From contig CAXXTB010000001.1 in the NCBI GenBank assembly GCA_963676795.2, forward strand, positions 1,312,001 through 1,376,000: a stretch of DNA of 64,000 nt. The letters are read 5' to 3'. Shown in pieces: positions 42,261-53,210 of the stretch. A program made the translations under genes and the position numbers. Position 1 is the first letter of the stretch. The number at the start of each line of letters is the position of its first letter. Source of the DNA: Geopsychrobacteraceae bacterium. GTDB taxonomy: Bacteria > Desulfobacterota > Desulfuromonadia > Desulfuromonadales > Geopsychrobacteraceae. The notes under the pieces are model-generated. The model did not search any database. It saw nothing but the letters and a program-made list of their open reading frames with translations, and was not told where the DNA came from.

Positions 42261-43247
42261 ATGAACAGGTATTGTCTCATACCCCGGAAGGCGACAGGTC
42301 TGTTAATTGCGCTGGTTGTTTGTCTGACCATGGTCATTGCGCCCTTGCAGGCGCACGCCGAATATCCGGAAAAAACTATCAATGTTGCCGTCTGGAGTGG
42401 TGCCGGTGGTGCTCTGGATATTTATGGGCGTAAACTGGCTGAGATGGTGTCTAAGGAAATGGACTGGACAACCAAGGTGGAAAACCGCCCTGGCGGTAGC
42501 GGTTCAGTCGGTCTGTCCTATGTTATGAGCCAGCCGGCAGACGGTCACACCTGGCTGATCTTTACCGGAACCCTGGCAACCGGGATAGCCCGGGGTCTTA
42601 TTCCTTTCACAACGGACGATATCCGCTTTGTCCGCGCCATGCAGGCCGAACCGACATCGCTGGCCGTACGCAAGGATAGCCCCCTGAAGTCGGTCGGCGA
42701 TTTTGTCGAGTATATGAAGGCCCATCCCTTCGGACTGAAAGTCGGTGGGCACTCATCGGGTGGCTTCCATCAGTTTATGCTATTTCAATTAATGGAACAG
42801 GGCGGCTTCGAGGCTGGCTGGGTTCCTCATGACTCTTCCGGCAAGGTTCCAATCAATATCATGGGTGGTCATATTGACGCCGGGATGATGACTCCATCTT
42901 CAGGTCTTGCCCAGGTTTTGTCCGGAGATATTCGTTTGCTCGGGATCAGTCTGGCTGAACGTTCCGAATTTCTGCCGGATGTGCCAACCTTTAAAGAGCA
43001 GGGGTACAACCTGGATGACAGTATCTGGCGTGGTGTTGCTGTCAAGGCCGGAACTCCGGAGGAGATTGTTGCGAAGATTCAGGCAGCCCTGGACAAGGTC
43101 GAGGCATCCGCTGAATGGAAAGAATTCATGCTGCAGCGTAAACAGGAAAATCCCAAGCTGAGAGATGGTGCATTCAGGGCGCTGGCTGAGAAACAGATCA
43201 AGGAACAGAGAAATTTCCTTGAAAAGGCTGGTTTCATTAAGAAATAA
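42261..43247 (+). CDS. Tripartite tricarboxylate transporter substrate-binding protein TctC
   Basis: Signal peptide, YPEKTI, AGGALD, ENRPGGSG, PDVPTFKEQG. Confidence 0.9.
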   Translation: MNRYCLIPRKATGLLIALVVCLTMVIAPLQAHAEYPEKTINVAVWSGAGGALDIYGRKLAEMVSKEMDWTTKVENRPGGSGSVGLSYVMSQPADGHTWLIFTGTLATGIARGLIPFTTDDIRFVRAMQAEPTSLAVRKDSPLKSVGDFVEYMKAHPFGLKVGGHSSGGFHQFMLFQLMEQGGFEAGWVPHDSSGKVPINIMGGHIDAGMMTPSSGLAQVLSGDIRLLGISLAERSEFLPDVPTFKEQGYNLDDSIWRGVAVKAGTPEEIVAKIQAALDKVEASAEWKEFMLQRKQENPKLRDGAFRALAEKQIKEQRNFLEKAGFIKK

Positions 43248-43328
43248 CAGGGGAGTGCCGGGGGAGTTCTGCTTCCCCGGCCACTGCTTGCGGAATGTTT
43301 GAAATTTTTTTCTGTCAGGGTTGAAGCG

Positions 43329-43784
43329 ATGAAAAAAGGGACGATTATCATCAGTCTGATATTTTTATTATTGAATGCCGGTTACGTGTACATGGCAATA
43401 CAGCTGCCCGCCAGCCCGGCATTCGGAGATGTCGGGCCCGCTGAATTACCGTTTTGGCTTGGTATCGCAGGTATTCTTCTGTCTCTTGCTTTGATCATTT
43501 CTGAGCTGAGAAAAAAGCCGGATGCTGAAAACGGATCAGCTTTGAGACCGTCCGTTCAGGGGATCTCTTATATTCTGTTGGTCATTCTGTTCGCTATCGG
43601 CGTCAATCTGATCGGTTTTCTCGCTACCACATTTGTCTTTTCCTTACTGGGTGTCATGCTCCTTGAGCGCCGGCTGAGTCTGCTCAAGTCTGGGATTATG
43701 GCGGTAGGAACAACTCTCTTCATCTATCTTGTTTTCATTCTGCTCCTCGATGTGCCCTTGCCTGAAGGGGTTCTTTGGGGGTGA
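43329..43784 (+). CDS. Tripartite tricarboxylate transporter small permease TctB
   Basis: Four to five TM segments, VGPAELP, LLDVPLPEG. Confidence 0.85.
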   Translation: MKKGTIIISLIFLLLNAGYVYMAIQLPASPAFGDVGPAELPFWLGIAGILLSLALIISELRKKPDAENGSALRPSVQGISYILLVILFAIGVNLIGFLATTFVFSLLGVMLLERRLSLLKSGIMAVGTTLFIYLVFILLLDVPLPEGVLWG

Positions 43785-43943
43785 TTGATGCCCTTTGGTA
43801 TCTGCTACTTTTTTTGCAGGCTTTTCCGTCCTCTATCTCTGATGATTAAGGCGCTTCTGGTTTCTGATGGAATCGCCTGTAATTAGCCGCTTTGCTGTTT
43901 CTGTTGTTTCTGTGACAAACTACTTTTTATGTACTTTTTGGGG

Positions 43944-43972
43944 TTGACTTGAATTTTACGAAACTATAAGTT
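43944..43972 (+). promoter_or_regulatory. Candidate sigma70 promoter for ackA
   Basis: TTGACT-17 bp-TAAGTT. Confidence 0.5.
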
Positions 43973-44260
43973 AACACTCACTTACAAGTATGCAGGCCTC
44001 TTTACATTGACGTAAAGAGCGAGGTTGCTGGCACAGAAGCATCGATCGGCAAATTCACTACGTCCCACCGGCCGGATCTTCATCCATTGCAAACCAATGT
44101 GATCCCATGTTGTTCAGGCTGTTCAACATCTCCTTATGTCTGCTGTTTTAATTGTAAATATCTAAAATCAAAGAGATTGTCACCCAGGCAGTATTGCAGC
44201 TGTCTGATCTGTTTTACTTACTCAAAAGCTGAAGTGAAGTAACGCTAAAAGGAGAATTCC

Positions 44261-45526
44261 ATGGATATTCTGGCATTGAACTGTGGTAGTTCATCGGTCA
44301 AGTACCAGCTGTACAGCTGGGAGAAGAAGGAAATCATCGCCAAGGGGATGGTCGAGCGCGTCGGGATTGGCGACTCTTACATCGTCCACGAAGTTCCAGG
44401 CCGTGAGACCTACAACGAAGAATATGCCTGCCCGGACCACACCATCGCCGTTCAACTGGTCATCAAAACCCTGACCAGCGAAGAGCAGGGCGTTGTCAAA
44501 GACATGTCCCAGATCTCGGCTGTTGGTCACCGCGTTGTTCACGGTGGTGAGAAGTTCACCAAATCGATCCTGATCGACGACGAAGTTATCGCCGGTATCA
44601 AGGAAGTTTCCGTTCTGGCCCCACTGCACAACCCGGCCAATATCGATGGTATCGTCGCTGCCAAGACCGTTCTGCCGGACGTTCCGCACATCGCCATCTT
44701 CGACACCGCCTTCCATCAGACCATGCCGGAGTACTCCTACACCTACCCGGTTCCTTACCAGTGGTACGAGAAGTACGGCGTCCGTCGTTATGGTTTCCAC
44801 GGCACCAGCCACCTGTACGTCTCCAAGCGTGCTGCCGCGATCCTCGGCAAAGAGCCCAAGGACACCAACCTGGTCACCCTGCATATCGGCAACGGTGCCT
44901 CCCACTGTGCCATCAAAGGTGGCGTCAGCATCGACACCTCGATGGGTCTGACTCCGCTTGAAGGTGCTGTCATGGGCACCCGTTGTGGCGATATCGACGC
45001 CGCTATTCCGGCCTTCATCCAGCAGCAGGAAGGTTTGAGCGCCGCCGAGATCGACAGTATCCTCAACAAGAAATCCGGTATTTATGGCATCACCGGCAAG
45101 TACACCGACCGTCGTGACGTCGGTGACGGCATAAAGGCCGGCGACAAGAAATGCCAGCTCGCTTTTGATGTTGAAGCTTACCGCATCAAGAAATACATCG
45201 GTGCTTACTACGCTGCTGTCGGCAAGCCGGACATGATCGTCTTCACCGCCGGCGTTGGCGAGATGAGCTGTGAAACCCGTCAGGCAGCCCTCGAAGGTCT
45301 TGAAGGCCTGGGCATCATCGTCGATACCGAAGTCAACATGAAGACCCGGACCCGTAGCCGCGAAGTCCTGATCACCAAGCCTGAGTCGGCGATTCCGGTC
45401 TACGTCATTCCGACCGACGAGGAGCTGGTCTTCATCGAGGACGTTGTCGGTATCCTCAACGGCACCTACACCGACCACCTGAACTACAAATACACCTTCT
45501 CTGACCCGAGCTTCGTCAGAAAGTAA
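44261..45526 (+). CDS. ackA: Acetate kinase
   Basis: LNCGSSSVKY, GHRVVHGG, APLHNP, FDTAFH, RRYGFHGTSH, MGTRCGD, PTDEE. Confidence 0.97.
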   Translation: MDILALNCGSSSVKYQLYSWEKKEIIAKGMVERVGIGDSYIVHEVPGRETYNEEYACPDHTIAVQLVIKTLTSEEQGVVKDMSQISAVGHRVVHGGEKFTKSILIDDEVIAGIKEVSVLAPLHNPANIDGIVAAKTVLPDVPHIAIFDTAFHQTMPEYSYTYPVPYQWYEKYGVRRYGFHGTSHLYVSKRAAAILGKEPKDTNLVTLHIGNGASHCAIKGGVSIDTSMGLTPLEGAVMGTRCGDIDAAIPAFIQQQEGLSAAEIDSILNKKSGIYGITGKYTDRRDVGDGIKAGDKKCQLAFDVEAYRIKKYIGAYYAAVGKPDMIVFTAGVGEMSCETRQAALEGLEGLGIIVDTEVNMKTRTRSREVLITKPESAIPVYVIPTDEELVFIEDVVGILNGTYTDHLNYKYTFSDPSFVRK

Positions 45527-45592
45527 GGTTGCTCCCGCCATAGGGCGGTACGTATTTCCTGAAGGGTTTCTAGAGACCTTCAGTTATAGATA

Positions 45593-45623
45593 CATCCCGT
45601 GAGCCATTATGGCTCACGGGATG
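45593..45623. repeat. Perfect 15-bp inverted repeat downstream of ackA
   Basis: CATCCCGTGAGCCAT-T-ATGGCTCACGGGATG. Confidence 0.85.
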
Positions 45624-45627
45624 CTTG

Positions 45628-45678
45628 AAAAAAACTGCAATGACTGCTGTTGAAAGCCGAAGTTATTGCAGTTTTTTT
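45628..45678 (+). terminator. Terminator-like hairpin between ackA and rnfA
   Basis: A7-CTGCAATGACT...AGTTATTGCAG-T7. Confidence 0.6.
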
Positions 45679-45711
45679 GTAGATAAAAAATTTAATCAGT
45701 GAGCAAACAGC

Positions 45712-46293
45712 ATGGTAACCCTGATCCTGATCTTAATCAGCGCCGTCTTCGTCAACAACTTCGTGTTGGCCCGTTTCTTGGGGATCTGCCCCTTTCTGGG
45801 GGTCTCGAAGAAGGTCGATACGGCCCTCGGCATGGGGATGGCGGTTATCTTCGTCATGACCGTCGCCTCGGTCGTCACCTGGTTCATCCAGTATTTCATC
45901 CTGGGGCGTTTCGGCATCGAGTACCTGCAGACCATCGCCTTCATCCTGGTCATCGCCTCGCTGGTCCAGCTGGTCGAGATGGTCATCCAGAAATCGAGTC
46001 CTGTGTTGTATCAGTCGCTCGGCATCTTCCTGCCGCTGATCACCACCAACTGTGCGGTCTTAGGTGTCGCCGTGCTCAATATCCAGAAGAGCTACAGCTT
46101 CCTGGAGTCGGTCGTCTTCGCCATCGGTGCCGGGCTTGGCTTCACCCTGGCCATGGTCCTGTTCGCAGGTCTTAGAGAGCGGATCGACTTAAGCCCGGTG
46201 CCCAAGAGCTTCCGTGGCACCGCCGTCGCCCTGGTCACCGCCGGTCTGTTGTCCCTGGCCTTCATGGGTTTTGCCGGTCTGGTCAAAGGCTAG
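45712..46293 (+). CDS. rnfA: Rnf complex subunit A
   Basis: [35 protein letters not shown]. Confidence 0.95.
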   Translation: MVTLILILISAVFVNNFVLARFLGICPFLGVSKKVDTALGMGMAVIFVMTVASVVTWFIQYFILGRFGIEYLQTIAFILVIASLVQLVEMVIQKSSPVLYQSLGIFLPLITTNCAVLGVAVLNIQKSYSFLESVVFAIGAGLGFTLAMVLFAGLRERIDLSPVPKSFRGTAVALVTAGLLSLAFMGFAGLVKG

Positions 46294-46348
46294 ACTGATT
46301 GATATAGATTTTAGCTTGGAAACGGGCAATTTTTCGTTGTAGCTGAAA

Positions 46349-46408
46349 GCCCCCCCTGCTCGTAAACTCGCTTCCCCCCCTATTTTATAGGGGGGATTGA
46401 GGGGGGGG
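46349..46408. repeat. Nested C-run/G-run palindrome in the rnfA-rnfB spacer
   Basis: C7-T...C7-TATTTTATA-G6...A-G8. Confidence 0.75.
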
Positions 46409-46478
46409 TGCATTAAAGAGCCCCTGATCTCTTAGCACAGTAAAAAGACCGTTTCCGGACACAAGAGGAACAATCGTT

Positions 46479-47303
46479 ATGCTCACATCCATACTCTGCC
46501 TCGGCGGCATCGGTCTGATCGCCTCACTGACCTTAGGCTTTGCCGCCAAGAAATTCGCCGTTGAGGTCGATCCCCGCGAAGCGGCCATCTTAGACGCCCT
46601 GCCTGGGGCCAACTGCGGGGCCTGCGGCCAGGCCGGCTGCTCCGGTTACGCCAAGGCCGTCGCCGAAGGGCGCCTTGCGCCCAATCTCTGTACCCCGGGC
46701 GGCAGCAGTACCCTGGAAGCGATCGCCGCCATCCTTGGTATCGAAGCCTCAGCCGCCGAACCGGTCGTCGCCGTGGTCAAGTGCCAGGGGGATAATGAGA
46801 AAGCCATGCCTAAGTACCAGTACCTGGGGCTCACCGACTGCAACGCCGCCCAGAAAATCGCCGACGGCCCCAAGGCCTGCCCCGGCGGCTGCCTGGGCTT
46901 AGGTTCCTGCGAGCGGATCTGCCCCTTTGACGCCATCCATATCAATGACAAGGGGCTCGCCGTTGTCGACCGCAACAAATGTACCGGCTGCGGCAAGTGC
47001 GTCTCCGTCTGCCCGCGCGGTGTCATCAGCCTGGCCCCTAAATCGGTCACCACCCATGTCCTGTGCAACAGCCACGACAAGGGCGCTCTGGTTCGCAAAT
47101 ACTGCCAGGTCGGCTGTATCGGCTGCATGATCTGCAAGAAGACCGTCCCCGAGGGTTATGTCATCGAGAACTTCCTGGCCAGTGTCGTCTACGAGAAGCC
47201 GGAAGGGATCGAAGCCGCCATCGGGAAGTGCCCGATGAAATGTATCCATGACTACGCTACTCCTGCCCAAAAAACTGCAGTCGAGCCCGATAGCGCCGCT
47301 TAA
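46479..47303 (+). CDS. rnfB: Rnf complex subunit B
   Basis: N-terminal TM, LPGANCGACGQAGC, CLGLGSCERICP, CTGCGKCVSVCP. Confidence 0.94.
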   Translation: MLTSILCLGGIGLIASLTLGFAAKKFAVEVDPREAAILDALPGANCGACGQAGCSGYAKAVAEGRLAPNLCTPGGSSTLEAIAAILGIEASAAEPVVAVVKCQGDNEKAMPKYQYLGLTDCNAAQKIADGPKACPGGCLGLGSCERICPFDAIHINDKGLAVVDRNKCTGCGKCVSVCPRGVISLAPKSVTTHVLCNSHDKGALVRKYCQVGCIGCMICKKTVPEGYVIENFLASVVYEKPEGIEAAIGKCPMKCIHDYATPAQKTAVEPDSAA

Positions 47304-47318
47304 AGCGAGGTACCCCCC

Positions 47319-48634
47319 ATGTCACTGAAAACCTTCGCCGGTGGACTCCATCCACCCGACAGTAAAAGCTACTCCGAGCACAAGGCGATTGAAGCTTGCC
47401 CGCTGCCCGAAGAACTGGTCATCCCGGCCATGCAGCATATCGGCGCCCCCGCCGAGATCTGTGTGGGTAAGGGCGACCTGGTCAAAAAGGGCACAGTCAT
47501 TGCGAATGCCAAAGGCTTCGTCTCGGTGCCGATCCATGCCTCGACCTCAGGCGAAGTCATCGCCGTCGAGCCGCGCATGCATCCAAGCGGCAAGCTGCTG
47601 CCCGCCGTCGTCATCAAGCCGGACGGCGAAGATGCCTGGGATGAAAGCCTTAAAGGCGGTAACCCCGACGATCTCGACGCAGAAGCCCTCAAGAAGAAGA
47701 TCCTCGCCTGCGGTATTGTCGGCCTGGGCGGTGCCACCTTTCCGGCCCACGTCAAGCTCTCGCCACCGGCCGACAAGAAGATCGATACTTTGATTCTCAA
47801 CGGCGTCGAGTGTGAGCCATACCTGACCGCCGACCACCGCCTGATGCTGGAAGAGAGTGAGCGCCTGATCGACGGGATCAACATCCTGCGCAAGGTGCTT
47901 GGCATCGAGCGTGCCGTCATCGGCATCGAATCGAACAAGCCGGACGCCATCGCCAAGCTCGGCAAGGAATGCATCGCCCACAAGATCGAGGTCGTGCCCT
48001 TAGAGGTCAAATACCCGCAGGGCGCCGAGAAGCAGCTGATCGACGCCGTCACCGGCCGTCAGGTGCCATCCGGTGGCCTGCCGATGGACGCCGGTGTCGT
48101 GGTTCAGAACGTCGGGACCGCCGCCGCTGTCAGTGACGCCATCCGTCTGGGTCACCCGCTGGTCGAGCGGATCGCCACCGTCACCGGCCCCGGTATCAAA
48201 GACCCGAAAAACCTCAAAATCGCCGTCGGCACCCCCTTGCAGCATCTGGTCGACCAGTGTGGCGGCCTTGTTGGTGAGCCGGGCAAGATCATCATGGGCG
48301 GGCCGATGATGGGCCAGACCCAGCTCTCGCTGGAGGCCCCGGCGATCCGCGGCACCTCCGGACTGTTGATCTTCCGTAAGGAGGATATCGACACCAAACC
48401 GGCCGGTCCCTGTATCCGCTGCGGGCGCTGCGTCAGTGTCTGCCCGATCCACCTGCAGCCGACCCTGCTGGCCGCTTACGCAAGGCTCGATCTGATCGAC
48501 GAAGCCGAAAGAGCTAACGCCCTCGACTGTATCGAGTGCGGCTGCTGTACCTATATCTGCCCGGCGACATTGCCGCTGGTGCAATCGATCCGCTACGCCA
48601 AGGGCGGCATTATGGCCAAGAGAAGGAAATCCTG

Positions 48635-48635
<1 letters not shown>
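47319..48635 (+). CDS. rnfC: Rnf complex subunit C
   Basis: QHIGAP, GLGGATFP, ECEPYLTAD, CIRCGRCVSVCP, CIECGCCTYICP. Confidence 0.96.
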
Positions 48636-49627
<992 letters not shown>

Positions 49628-49639
49628 GGGGAGAGACTC

Positions 49640-50239
49640 ATGAAAGACATCATCAAACTGCTCGTCGCCCTGACCCTTATCGCTGCAATCGCCGGCCTGA
49701 TCCTCTCGGTTGTGGAAAAAGCGACCCGCGAACCGATCGCCGCCCAGCGCAAGGCGCAGATGGTCAAAGCCTTAAGTGCCGTGCTGCCGGACTTCGATAA
49801 CAGCCCCGACGCCGATAGCGTGGTTCTTGAGAACGGCGTCGACAAGAAGGGTAATCCGGTCCTTATCACCTTCTACCGCGCCCGCAAGAATAACGAACTG
49901 GTCGGTACCGCGTTCAAGATGATCGCCCCGGAAGGGTACAGCGGCAATATCGAGATCATGATCGGGGTGAAACCGGATCAGAGCATCAACGCTATCGAGA
50001 TCCTCACCCACGCCGAAACACCGGGGTTGGGGAGCAAGATCGCGGAAGGCTGGTTCAAAGAGATGTTCCAGGGCAAGAGCCTTGAGAACGCCGACTGGCG
50101 GGTCAAGAAGGACGGCGGCGAGTTCGACCAGATCTCCGGGGCGACCATCTCGCCACGCGCCGTGGTCGGGGCACTCAAGGCCGGTCTTGAATTTTACCGT
50201 GACAACAGTCAGAGAATCACAGAAGGAGGCGTCCAATGA
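49640..50239 (+). CDS. rnfG: Rnf complex subunit G
   Basis: N-terminal TM, GYSG, ETPGLG, FMN-site SGATIS. Confidence 0.95.
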   Translation: MKDIIKLLVALTLIAAIAGLILSVVEKATREPIAAQRKAQMVKALSAVLPDFDNSPDADSVVLENGVDKKGNPVLITFYRARKNNELVGTAFKMIAPEGYSGNIEIMIGVKPDQSINAIEILTHAETPGLGSKIAEGWFKEMFQGKSLENADWRVKKDGGEFDQISGATISPRAVVGALKAGLEFYRDNSQRITEGGVQ

Positions 50240-50826
50240 GCCTGATGCAGGATTTTACCAAAGGGATCTGGACCGAGAACGCCGTCTTCAAACTGCTGCT
50301 CGGGATGTGTCCGACCCTGGCGGTCACCACCAGTGCTGAAAACGGCATCGGCATGGGGCTGGCAACCACCTTCGTCCTGATCTGTTCGAATATCGTCGTT
50401 TCGTTACTTAGAAAGCTGATTCCATCCGGCGTGCGTATCCCGGCCTTTATCATCATCATCGCCTCCTTCGTCACCGTCGTGCAGCTGGCGATGGAAGCCT
50501 GGATCTTTGATCTCTACCAGGCCCTTGGCATCTTTATCCCGCTGATCGTCGTCAACTGCCTGATCTTAGGCCGCGCTGAAGCCTTCGCATCGAAGAACGG
50601 CACCTTACGTTCGATCTTCGACGGGGTCGGCATGGGGATCGGCTTCACCCTGGCGCTGTTTATCTTAGGGGCTGTTCGCGAACTGTTCGGTGCCGGTTCG
50701 ATCTTAGGTTTCACTATCTTCGGCGGTTCCTACCAGCCGATGCTGCTGATGATCCTGCCACCGGGCGCCTTCATCACCCTGGGGCTCTTGCTGGCGCTGA
50801 TGACCAGGTGCGGACAGAAGGGGTAG
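50236..50826 (+). CDS. rnfE: Rnf complex subunit E
   Basis: LGMCPTLAVT, PLIVVNC, GRAEAFA, LPPGAF. Confidence 0.95.
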   Translation: MSLMQDFTKGIWTENAVFKLLLGMCPTLAVTTSAENGIGMGLATTFVLICSNIVVSLLRKLIPSGVRIPAFIIIIASFVTVVQLAMEAWIFDLYQALGIFIPLIVVNCLILGRAEAFASKNGTLRSIFDGVGMGIGFTLALFILGAVRELFGAGSILGFTIFGGSYQPMLLMILPPGAFITLGLLLALMTRCGQKG

Positions 50827-50932
50827 CTCTGGCTGCATGTCGTATGCTGAATACTGACAATCCAACGCGTCTGCAGCCTTTGAGGTTCAGGATCTGAAAG
50901 GGTTGATTGGCAATGATGCCAAAGGAATAGTT

Positions 50933-51679
50933 ATGGCGATAAAACGTAAGATGACGGGTGAGGAGCGGAAGCAGGCTATTTCTGTTGCTGCGCGCTCCGT
51001 TTTTTCCCTGAAGGGATATTATGGAACTTCGATGCGAGACATTGCCAGGGCGGCACATATCTCAGAAGCTCTAATATATCAGCATTTCCCAAGCAAGGAA
51101 TCTCTTTACCAGGAAATCTATTTTTATCTGGATCCCCAGATTGATGCTCTGTGCAATTACCTCGGTCAGTTCCAGCCATCAACTGAGACATTGGTAAAAA
51201 TAGTCTATTCGCTGTCGATGATGATTCTGTCCGAAATCCCTGGTCAGAATGATGAGCAGAAAAAATTTGAGCGTCTGCTTGTTTACAGTCTGCTTGAAAA
51301 TTCGGACTTTGCCAGGACCGTATTCGGAAAATACGAAATGAAGTTGAGCCCAATGTGGCTGGAATGCATTGAGCAGGCTTCGCATGCCGGAGATATGTTT
51401 GAAAGCACATTGAAGGCAAAAAGAAAGATGTGGTTTGCCCATCATCTGGCGATGGCGATCAATATACTGCACATGTCAGGACAGAAATTGTTCGAATATG
51501 ACGGAACATTGGATGACCTTGCGGAATCGATGGTCATATTTATTCTGCGTGGAATCGGACTGACTGACGAGGCTGTGCGAAAATACGCTCATTCGGTCGC
51601 TCTGAAGAATGTAGTGAGTGAGATTTTTGAGCCGAGCAGGGGACTGGTCTTTCTCGAAGGAACCGTGCCGAACGTATAA
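50933..51679 (+). CDS. TetR/AcrR-family transcriptional regulator
   Basis: FSLKGYYGTSMRDIA...EALIYQHFPSKESLY HTH. Confidence 0.9.
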   Translation: MAIKRKMTGEERKQAISVAARSVFSLKGYYGTSMRDIARAAHISEALIYQHFPSKESLYQEIYFYLDPQIDALCNYLGQFQPSTETLVKIVYSLSMMILSEIPGQNDEQKKFERLLVYSLLENSDFARTVFGKYEMKLSPMWLECIEQASHAGDMFESTLKAKRKMWFAHHLAMAINILHMSGQKLFEYDGTLDDLAESMVIFILRGIGLTDEAVRKYAHSVALKNVVSEIFEPSRGLVFLEGTVPNV

Positions 51680-51698
51680 AATTGCTGTTTCTCTACCA

Positions 51699-51735
51699 CA
51701 AGAAAAGGCCTTCCGCTCTGGAAGGCCTTTTCTTG
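51699..51735. terminator. Bidirectional terminator between the TetR gene and moaA
   Basis: CAAGAAAAGGCCTTCC-GCTCT-GGAAGGCCTTTTCTTG, 16-bp arms. Confidence 0.88.
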
Positions 51736-51757
51736 TTACTACAATGGAGTTTGGTGA

Positions 51758-52726
51758 TCAGCCGCCAACCTTGGCCATGGTAAAAGGTGCCGGCATGGTG
51801 CTTTCCGAGTCCATATGATGACGTGGGGGTTTATTCAAGATGACATCCTGAAGGACTTCATAGATCGTGCTGTCATCAGCTGACAGGTACGGCTTGAGGT
51901 CATAGGCGCGGTCACTGAACAGACAGCTCTTGACCTGGCCATCAGAGGTGACGCGGATGCGATTGCAGGTATTGCAAAAATGCTCACTCATTGGGGTAAT
52001 GATTCCGACTGTCCCTTTGGCTCCGGCAATCTGATAGGGTTTGGCCGGGCCGCAATAGCAGCCGCTTGAGATTGGCATGAGCTGAAACCTGCTTTCGATA
52101 CTTTCCAGAATTTCCTTGCCGGTGATCAGGTACTGACGCCATTCTTTGTCTCTGATGGTTGGCATGTATTCAATAAAGCGGATCGACCAGGGTTTTGTTA
52201 TGCTCATCGCCGCAAAATCGACAATCTCCTGATCATTGACACCGCGCATGGCAACAACGTTCAGTTTGATTTTCATTCCGGCTTCATCGGCCGCAGTGAT
52301 TCCGTCAAGAACGTTTTGAAGATTTCCACAACGGGTAATTTTAGCGAAGTTTTCCGGGATCAATGAATCGATACTGATATTAAGGCGTTCAATACCGATG
52401 GCTTTGAGGTCATGAGCAAATTTGGGGAGCAGTACCCCATTGGTCGTCAAGGCAATTTCTTCAACGCCAGGCACTGCAGCCAGACGTTCGAGAAAGCCAA
52501 GAATTCCTTTGCGGACGAGTGGCTCTCCACCGGTAATTCTGACTTTCTTTATGCCCAGTTTGGTTGCCGCCGAAACTATTTTCAGAAAATCTTCGTAGGA
52601 GAGGATTTCTTCACTCTGAATCTGCTGAATGCCATCTTCCGGCATGCAATATTGGCAGCGTAAATTACATCTGTCTGTAATGGACAGCCTCAGGTAGTTG
52701 ATTGTCCGGCCATGAGAATCGATCAT
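51758..52726 (-). CDS. moaA: GTP 3',8-cyclase (molybdenum cofactor biosynthesis)
   Basis: YLRLSITDRCNLRCQYCMP, TGGEPL, FCNTCNRIR...CL, C-terminal GG. Confidence 0.96.
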   Translation of the reverse strand: MIDSHGRTINYLRLSITDRCNLRCQYCMPEDGIQQIQSEEILSYEDFLKIVSAATKLGIKKVRITGGEPLVRKGILGFLERLAAVPGVEEIALTTNGVLLPKFAHDLKAIGIERLNISIDSLIPENFAKITRCGNLQNVLDGITAADEAGMKIKLNVVAMRGVNDQEIVDFAAMSITKPWSIRFIEYMPTIRDKEWRQYLITGKEILESIESRFQLMPISSGCYCGPAKPYQIAGAKGTVGIITPMSEHFCNTCNRIRVTSDGQVKSCLFSDRAYDLKPYLSADDSTIYEVLQDVILNKPPRHHMDSESTMPAPFTMAKVGG

Positions 52727-52811
52727 GTTGCAACCCTTCTGTGAATAAAAGGCCAAGTGGAAAGCTCCAATTAGCCGAGCAGATCAGACTCGACGTCTGG
52801 CCTCTGCATAT

Positions 52812-53165
52812 CTATTGTTTTTTCAGTTCCGGAAAAATTTCAATAAAAAACTCATCTGCGGAGTGGTTGATCTCAGCGCAGAGCAGCCGAAATTTATCCA
52901 GCAGAATAATTGCCTTGTCGGTAAGCTGACTTTGGCCACCTCCACAGCCCCCAACCCGTCGTTCGAGCAGGGGAAAAGGGGAATGCTCTTCCATATCCTG
53001 AAGCTGAGCCCAAGCTTTCCGGTAAGACATCCCCAACTCTTTTGCTGCTGCGTTGATAGAGCCGGTTTTGTCTACAGCGTCCAGGAGGTGAAGTCGGCCG
53101 TCTCCGAAAAAGGCGTGTCCCTCACATTCTAGCCAAACTTTTGAACGGATCCGGATATCTTTCAT
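52812..53165 (-). CDS. ModE-like winged-helix regulator (DNA-binding domain only)
   Basis: RSKVWLE, FFGDGR, TGSINAAAKELGMSYRKAW, GGGQSQLT; no TOBE domains. Confidence 0.88.
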   Translation of the reverse strand: MKDIRIRSKVWLECEGHAFFGDGRLHLLDAVDKTGSINAAAKELGMSYRKAWAQLQDMEEHSPFPLLERRVGGCGGGQSQLTDKAIILLDKFRLLCAEINHSADEFFIEIFPELKKQ

Positions 53166-53210
53166 CTCTGTTGAGTCGCAGTTGGCCAAAATTTGGTCGC
53201 TGTGTAGAGA

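Noticed and set aside
44291..45541. 416-aa antisense ORF over ackA
   Set aside because: Mirror frame of a strongly codon-biased gene; no motifs or SD
48536..48634. N-terminal extensions given by the ORF track (rnfD here; also mgtE, glyQ, ppdK, hpt, CheX-like)
   Set aside because: Internal starts have SDs or translational coupling and match family N-termini; the extensions overlap neighbours or promoters
52727..52811. Moco riboswitch before moaA
   Set aside because: Spacer is only 85 nt and lacks the motif features I would expect
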